Origin: Haliotis rubra
Taxonomy: Eukaryota
Direction of reading: 5' to 3'
Length of the DNA stretch: 64,000 bases
Assembly: GCF_003918875.1 (NCBI RefSeq)
Contig: NW_025766525.1
Span: forward strand, 502,865 to 566,864
Shown here: piece after piece, positions 57,760 through 64,000 of the stretch
Layout of the letters: each line of letters starts with the position of its first letter
Position numbering within the stretch: the stretch's first letter is position 1
Notes under the pieces: model-generated
The model's database searches: none
Told to the model about the DNA's origin: nothing
The model's input: the letters and a program-made list of their open reading frames with translations, nothing else
Made by a program: the position numbers and the translations under genes

Positions 57760-58473
57760 TCCAGTTTTGACATGAAGCCAGGTGACTTTGGCTCTATCAC
57801 GTTCCCGCCTCGTCCGTGTATTACTCAATTGGCAGCATCTCTGGATGAGGCTTTTGGTAACCTGAGGAAGGTTAAGGATGGGTTTGCGGCTCCTCACTTC
57901 AATTTAGCATCTGCTCATGTTCATGGTTTTTCTACGCTAATCGTCTCCCCTCCGGTGGATGATGATATTGCATTGCTGTGCACTAAACAGAAAGCCTACT
58001 CGCCGTTGCTGGTTGAGGATCGTGAGCTTTTGCATTTGGATGGTGTCATAAGGAAGATTATGCCGCCACTCAACATGTTGTTGAGGACTACCGAAGCGGT
58101 GGCTATGTCGGTTGCGCATGCTACGTCCCATCAACATGTGTGTATATTCGGGCAGCTATGGTCTTATTGCAACAGCAATTCCAGACCATTCTAGATCAGT
58201 TGGCTCACTTCTTTTCGTACATCACAGCTGTGCGTCGCATGGGGCCTTTGCACTTATCCTCTTTGGAGGATTGGTTCCGTATTGATCTCTTTCGGCAGCC
58301 ATGGTCTGGCAGATAAATTTTCAACGGGGCAGTTAGAGATGTCGCCAACAGAGTAGGTCAAGATGCTCATTTACAAGTGTCAGTGGAATTGTTGAAGTTC
58401 CAGCGTTTGCAGGTGGAGGAATCATTGCGCCAGCGACGGCCAGCCCGTTATGTCCATGTGAATCCGGACCTTC

Positions 58474-59364
58474 GTGCGGGTTCTGCTGCTTCCTTTCGTG
58501 GTAATGGATCCTTTGGGAGAGGACGACTCAACCATCAACGTCGGGCATCCACTGCTTCACAATCAGCTCCCACTTCCGACCAGCCCACTTTGCAAACACC
58601 TGACAAACAGTGACTTGAGGACATTAGCAGGCGACTTGGTTCTTCCACCTCCAGTCATGCCCATTCTGACTTCCCCAGTAGGCGGCTGGCTTGGGACTTA
58701 TGCTCCCAACTGGACCATCTTGGGAAACCCCTTCGTCCTCTCCATGTTGTCCATGGGTTTTCAGCTGCCACTCATCGGGGATCCTCCTCTCACTTTACTT
58801 CCAGATCGCAGAACGTATCCCGCTCAACAAACGGCAGTTCTGCGATCCACAATAGACACCTTACTCAAGAAACTTGCGATCGAATCCCTGGGTCCGGCTC
58901 CCACCGCCCCGGGGTTCTATTCTCCAATCTTTCTGGTCCCCAAGAAGGATTCGGACAAACTGAGGTTAATCTTCAACATGAAGATTTTCAACGAGATGTT
59001 TCTGCAGCCTCCGCCCCATTTTCGCATGGTATTGGTGGCACTCCTCAAGACCATTATCAAGCCGGGAGACTACATGGTCAGTTTGGATCTCCAGGATGCG
59101 TACCTTCACATCCCGATCTTCCTGGCTCATCACAAGTTCCTTCGGTTTGTCTTCGAGGGCACCCACTATCAGTGGCGTGTCCGCCCGTTTGGAATTTCTT
59201 CAGCCCCGTGGCTGTTTACATGGGTAACGAAACCTATCACCAGCTTCCTTCACCACAAGGGGATAGTGTTCGAAGCTTACATTGACGACTGCATTCAGGC
59301 GCAGACCGATCATGCCCTTTTGCTTCGTCACATGCAGTTACGATACAGCTTCTTCGCCAATTAA
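58474..59364 (+). CDS. Reverse transcriptase domain ORF of the DIRS-like element
   Basis: It carries FYSPIFLVPKKDSDKLRLIFNMKIFN (RT motifs 1-2), LDLQDAYLHIPI (motif A/B region), QWRVRPFGISSAPWLFT and YIDDCI (a YxDD-like box). Confidence 0.8.
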   Translation: MRVLLLPFVVMDPLGEDDSTINVGHPLLHNQLPLPTSPLCKHLTNSDLRTLAGDLVLPPPVMPILTSPVGGWLGTYAPNWTILGNPFVLSMLSMGFQLPLIGDPPLTLLPDRRTYPAQQTAVLRSTIDTLLKKLAIESLGPAPTAPGFYSPIFLVPKKDSDKLRLIFNMKIFNEMFLQPPPHFRMVLVALLKTIIKPGDYMVSLDLQDAYLHIPIFLAHHKFLRFVFEGTHYQWRVRPFGISSAPWLFTWVTKPITSFLHHKGIVFEAYIDDCIQAQTDHALLLRHMQLRYSFFAN

Positions 59365-59813
59365 GCTGGTTAATCAATCTGCAGAAATTGGAACTAGCCC
59401 CTATGCACCATCTTCAATTCATTGGAGCAGTGTTCGACACAGAGGCCAACAAACTCTTTGTCCCGAGGGATCGTTTCTACAAGATTCAGCGATTGGTTTC
59501 TCTGGCACTGGTGCAACCCAGGACGCTTCGTCAGTGGCAGGAGCTCCTGGGCCTCTTGACGTCGGCTCAGGCGTTCACCCTCAGGGGTCAACTACAACTT
59601 CGTCCCTTGCAGTTCTTTGTAGCGCCTTACATCAGAGTGGGAGATCCCGTTGCCTTGATCACTCTACCTCTGCAGCTCCATCCCCATCTCCTGTGGTGGA
59701 TGGCAGAATTGAATGTTTGCGACGGAGTTTGTTTAGGGCCGTTTGTTCCGTCTTACCACCTGTATGCGGACGTGTCTCTACACAGGTGAGGAGCTCATCT
59801 TCTCAATCAACAA

Positions 59814-60407
59814 GTGGCAGGGCGGTGGTCTCCCATCGATCGCGCCTGTCACATCAACGTTCTGGAGTTCAGGGCGGTGATGCTTGCAATCAGTCACTGG
59901 CAGGATGTCCTACGAGCAACTTCCCTCATGATCCGGTCGGACAACGCAGCGGTGATTTGGCATATCAACAGGATGGGGTCCACGGGGTCAACTCAACTGC
60001 TGCAGTGGACCCAACGGTTTCTTCGATCTGGTGGACTCTCTCCACATCATGGTATGAGCCAACTACATTCCGGGGGTGAAGAATGTCATCGCAGATTCTC
60101 TGTCCCGACTGAGTCGTCCCTCTCCAACGGAATGGAAATTACATCCTCAGGTGTTCCAGACCTGTTGCCTTCCATTGACGACTCTGACAGTGGATCTCTT
60201 CGCCACTCAATTCAACCATCAGCTGCCTCGGTTTGTGTCACCGATTCCGGATCCTCTGGCTTGGGACCTCGATGCCCTAGCCATTCCGTGGGAGGACCTG
60301 AACGCTTACGCGTTTCCACCAGTGGCCCTTCTTCCTCGCATATTAGTGAAGCTGCGTGCAACTCAGAGGATGACTCATCTTTTGGTCGCGTCCTATTGGC
60401 CGGCTAG
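59814..60407 (+). CDS. RNase H domain ORF of the DIRS-like element, frameshifted relative to RT
   Basis: It carries INVLEFRAVMLAI and IRSDNAAVIWHINRMG, typical RNase H catalytic motifs. The adjoining ORF 60076..60561 carries KNVIADSLSR, the end-of-RNase-H motif of DIRS/Ngaro pol. Confidence 0.65.
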   Translation: MAGRWSPIDRACHINVLEFRAVMLAISHWQDVLRATSLMIRSDNAAVIWHINRMGSTGSTQLLQWTQRFLRSGGLSPHHGMSQLHSGGEECHRRFSVPTESSLSNGMEITSSGVPDLLPSIDDSDSGSLRHSIQPSAASVCVTDSGSSGLGPRCPSHSVGGPERLRVSTSGPSSSHISEAACNSEDDSSFGRVLLAG

Positions 60408-60506
60408 AAGCTGGTTCGTAAACCTTCAAGACATAGCCGAACCAGATCCCGTGCCACTTCCTGTTCGACCTGATCTACTGGTACATCCGCACACCGACCA
60501 ACTGCA

Positions 60507-61644
60507 TTGGTCCCCGATGACGCTCCATCTGCACGTTTGGTGCATCTACATCGGTCGTTAACGGCTAAGACCTATTCTAAGCGTGTGGCTACTGCCATTA
60601 CTACAGCGCATCGTACTTCTACGAGGTCACTCTACGATGACAAATGGAAGAATTTCAAAGCGTATTGCAGGAAGAGGGGCGTCTCATCCCTCACTACGGC
60701 GTCCCCGCAGATGGTGGCAGAGTACCTTTAGCATCTCTGAACCTCCAGAAAACTCAAAGGTTCTTCACTAGCTACCTATCTGGTGGCTCTTAACACGGTT
60801 ATTGCAGCGGCCTCAGGTGTGAAGGTGTCCACCGAGCTGAACTCGAGTCTCTCCTCCGGTCTTACACCCGCCGTGATGTTGCTGGAATATTGCTAAAAGC
60901 AACGTAAAACCAAACTCAGTCAGTCAGTCTTACAAACTGGCTCACCAATCTCGGAAGTTCCGGCCTCCAGCTTGGAATCTTTCCGTTGTACTTGCTCATC
61001 TCACGTCAGCTGATTATGAACCTTTGGAAGAGAAAGATTTCGAACATGTCTCCTTTAAGATCTTCTTTCTATTGGTCTTGGCTACGGCTGCTCGTATTTC
61101 TGAGTTGCATGCTCTTGATGATTCTCGGGTGCGGTTTGAAAGGTCTAGACATACAAAAGTTTTCCTTGGTTTGCGGTGGGATCTTCTCGCCAAGAATCAG
61201 TTACCAGGACAGCCGGATCGCACATTCACGATTCCGCCGTTGTCCTCTATCTTGGGCCCATATGACACTGAGGATCTGTCCTTATGCCCGGTGCGTGCAT
61301 TAAGGATTTACTTAGCTGCCTCACAGGATCGCCGCAGACTGCGTAAAAGATTGTTCATTCCATTGTCTACTGCCTCCACCTCGGAAGTCTCCCGTACTAC
61401 CTTGGCGTTTTGGATGCGAACTACAATCCTGCGTGCTTATGCCTTTGCTGACCTACCTCCACCGTCGAAGGTGAAGCGTCATGAGACTCGAGCTCTTGTC
61501 TCCACCATGGCTCTTCACAGAAATTGTTCCCTGCAGTCCATCATGGAGGGCTGTTTTTTACGATCAGATACGGTGGAAGGTCTACATCAATTCGGCCCCC
61601 TGGTCCTGGCGCAGCAATTGTCATCGGCCCGCGTTCGCAGATAA
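60507..61644 (+). CDS. Tyrosine recombinase of the DIRS-like element, across two ORFs (60507..60731 and 61024..61644)
   Basis: The N-terminal part is SLYDDKWKNFKAYCRKRGV...VAEYL. The catalytic part carries FLLVLATAARISELHAL, CPVRALRIYL and RHETRALVSTMAL (H-x-x-R box). Confidence 0.75.
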
Positions 61645-62367
61645 AGCAATCCTTCTTTGGTCGGTGTTGCTCTGTACATAATAAAAGATATCGATGTAAT
61701 CCATGTCTTGGTACTTTTTTCTATTTGTGCTTAGATTATTCTCACCTATGGGAATAGAGCGTGTCTGCACTGTCATCAGTTATGACTTAATAGACTGTGA
61801 GGCCAGTCTTGTGCTACATGCAGAGATGATCGACACTCCACTTACTGACCTCTACGCTCTGAGCAATTACGTCAGTTAAGTGTTGATTTCCGATTACATA
61901 CATGGTTTTCAAAGCGTTCTGCTCCTGATTCCTTTCTCACCTTTGGTACGTTAGGGAGATTGGTACTGAACGTTAAACTAGTTGAGCAACCGAACTATTC
62001 CCTCTTTCACCGCCTTCCAGCGTGTGTCTGTGGGGGGTAGTTTCGAAGCAGGGACTGGCCAGATTAAGGTCCTCAACTTTAATTCACTGGGGTCACCTGA
62101 TAAATCGCGGGACGGCGGTGCCTAGTTGCCGAACTGCATCCTTTTGCTTGTCAAAAGTTGCGGCTGAAAACCACATTAATTCGGGAACACCCACTCCCTA
62201 GAGTTTTTGTGCTGTGTAAGCCAAGGGGTTACGTGAAGAAACCCATCTCAAGTTGGAGTTTGCATATCGGGAGTTGGTGCTTTCTCCTGGCCTCCTTGGG
62301 TTATGCGTTTTTCCTAGTGGTAGTAACGGGGTAATCTGCGACTTGCCTACCAGCCGTGGGATTATGC

Positions 62368-62446
62368 ATACCGTGAGATAGGATAAGTTTAAACATTTGA
62401 AAATTTTATTATATATTGTATATTTATATACTTATCCTATCTCACG
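62368..62446. repeat. Internal complementary region (ICR) of the DIRS-like element, a hairpin-forming segment
   Basis: Within gtgagataggataagtttaaacatttgaaaattttattatatattgtatatttatatacttatcctatctcac, the left half is the reverse complement of the left outer terminus (tgaaattttaaacttatcctatctcac, 55940-55967). The right half is the reverse complement of the right outer terminus (gtgagataggataagtatataaatatacaatttataat, 62686-62725). Confidence 0.7.
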
Positions 62447-62500
62447 CGATAGGACCCACCCAACCTGCCCCACATCACAGATTACTGGAAGCTCCAAGAC

Positions 62501-62701
62501 GAGAATGACAGGCACAGGTAGTCACATGATCATCTGAGCGAGCTCCACGCTTGCGGAGATGATCGACAGGTGCTGATGTCGGAGTGGGGGCAGAGGTCAG
62601 GGCGGGTCAGAGGCCAGTAAGATTTGATTCAACTTAGCCTACAGCATGTTTCCAAACATGGTCGTAGAAGAAGAGAGGTGCATACTGTGAGATAGGATAA
62701 G
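62501..62701. repeat. DIRS-like element right ITR
   Basis: It runs gagaatgacaggcacaggtagtcacatgatcatctgagcgagctccac...ggtgcatactgtgagataggataag. Confidence 0.85.
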
Positions 62702-63155
62702 TATATAAATATACAATTTATAATAAAATTTTCAAAATTTGAAACTGTTTATCAGTACAAGTATCTTGGTACACTCAGAACATATTGTCTTTAGTACAAG
62801 GTGAATTTGCTTAAGTATTCATATAAAACATGGCATGCACACTGTGTATGTACACACACTGAAGTCGATTCTTATAAACATATGCATCGTCTTTTCAGAT
62901 TGCTAATGTAATAATGAGCTTGCAGAATATGTAGATAACTCTACAAAATCAGTGCAATAAGTGCAATAATGCAACACAAGCCCCGCCCATTGTTTTTCCA
63001 GCCAATCAGGCAACAGTTGTTTGTTTGTGGGTACAGCGCAATTTCTTTTTAGTTTTTGGAAACAATCTTGTTTAACTAATCTCTTGCAATTAGTGAATTT
63101 AAAAATGTAAATGTGATTCATATTTTAATGTAAATGTATGTGTTTTTCTTTCAGG

Positions 63156-64000
63156 CTATAGTCTCCTTGGACTACAACGTAAATTGTTGCGGGAAGAGCC
63201 CGCTGAGAAAAAGAAGCAACATGGAGCACAATTTGCAACAGGCAATAGAGGTAGTACAAGACGCCCGCTTCCTCCATTGACTGAGACTGGGGGTCTTGGC
63301 CAGGCAATGGCAGCTGAATGGATAGCTGAACAGTGTGGTGAGTTGGAGGAGTCGGAGGATGAAGACATGGGGTTTGGATTGTTTGATGATGACACTCCCA
63401 CAAGTTCCAAATATGCCGCTCCTGATGGACAGGAGGTCTTGCCTGGAAACACAGCAGTAGGAGGAGGGGCCCCACCCCACTTGCCAGTCCGAGCTGTTAC
63501 AGGCATTGAAGGAGTGGAGTTTGGTCATGTTGCAGCGAAATCAGTGAAAATGAAGAGAAAGTCCAAATTATTCTTTCCTCCTCCACTTCCAGTCATCCAT
63601 CCAATGATGTCTGCAGGGCCCCCAATACCCACTGTGGCACCTGCAAGTCATGGTCGTGCTTCTCTGCTTCAACAAATAGGCAATGGCAAACAGTTAAAGA
63701 AAGTTATTGAGCCTCAAATTGCTCGTATACAAAGTAATGCACCCATGCACTTTCAAGCTAAACAGTTTTCTGATGAAGCATTTCGCCCTTATGCCAGATG
63801 TACCAGTTCGGACACAGCCTCTCCAAGAGCAGGACTAGCTTCAAGCCATCGTAAAGCCCCACCTCCACCACCTCCCCCTCCTGGACGTCATGCAGCTCCA
63901 CCTCCCCCTCCAGGACTAGCTCCTCCTCCACCTCCCACTTCTAGCCATCATGAAGCCCCGCCTCCACCACCTCCCCCTCCTGGACGTCAGGCAGCTCCAC
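63156..64000 (+). CDS. Exon of a WH2-motif, proline-rich (verprolin/WIP-like) actin-regulator gene; the ORF stays open to the window end
   Basis: The acceptor is ttctttcag|GC. The translation contains EESEDEDMGFGLFDDD, then SHGRASLLQQIGNGKQLKKV (a WH2 consensus, cf. human WIP RNALLSDISKGKKLKKT), then PPPPPPPPGRHAAPPPPPGLAPPPPP. The minus-strand ORFs 63125-63528 are the poly-Pro reverse complement. Confidence 0.5.

Larger units (their letters stand above)
55935..62760 (+). mobile_element. DIRS-like tyrosine-recombinase retrotransposon, near full length (gag-like, RT, RNase H, YR), with inverted terminal repeats and an internal complementary region
   Basis: The left ITR 55953-56156 is the reverse complement of the right ITR 62501-62701. 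Internal ORFs carry RT, RNase H and YR motifs on the + strand. ICR 62368-62446 is complementary to both outer element ends. Confidence 0.8.

Noticed and set aside
63330-63380. EESEDEDMGFGLFDDD read as the C-terminus of a ribosomal P-protein gene
   Set aside because: The motif is internal to a much longer open frame that continues into WH2 and polyproline sequence. There is no stop after it and no P-protein-like N-terminal region.
63125-63528. Three overlapping minus-strand ORFs at the window end
   Set aside because: They are the reverse complement of a proline-rich plus-strand coding region (GGN/CCN runs are open on both strands). The plus strand carries a recognisable WH2 motif and an upstream acceptor.

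Overview
This is a eukaryotic (metazoan, most likely an invertebrate) genomic window, not prokaryotic. It has GT-AG introns, kilobase-scale minisatellites, MITEs and retrotransposons, and I recognised no rRNA, tRNA or CRISPR. The dominant feature is a + strand PARP4 / vault-PARP orthologue of about 33.5 kb (CDS about 18565-52087, 28 coding exons). I found it by exon-by-exon similarity to human PARP4 across its BRCT, PARP catalytic, VIT and vWA regions. Almost every large intron of this gene holds a kilobase-scale tandem array, and several arrays are built from duplicated copies of the adjacent splice junction (exon end plus GT donor, or AG acceptor plus exon start). An Ashwin (C2orf49-like) gene of 3 coding exons lies on the - strand (4936-12677); its 6.2 kb intron 1 is filled with a roughly 70-bp satellite and retroelement debris. 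Mobile elements include a near-complete DIRS-like tyrosine-recombinase retrotransposon (about 55935-62760) with approximately 200-bp inverted terminal repeats and an internal complementary region. There is also a 3.3 kb RT-less DIRS-like derivative with 340-bp ITRs (1285-4565) and a Penelope-like GIY-YIG fragment in an inverted-duplication context (17396-18175). Other repeats are a degenerate LTR-retrotransposon protease/RT fragment, a 1.3 kb foldback element, several MITEs (one with a filled and an empty site inside a local duplication) and a decayed THAP-domain relic. At the window end (63156 onward) a + strand exon encodes a WH2-motif, proline-rich (verprolin/WIP-like) protein. Two PARP4 frame inconsistencies sit exactly in an (AG)n run and a G-run, which suggests assembly indel errors rather than true inactivation.
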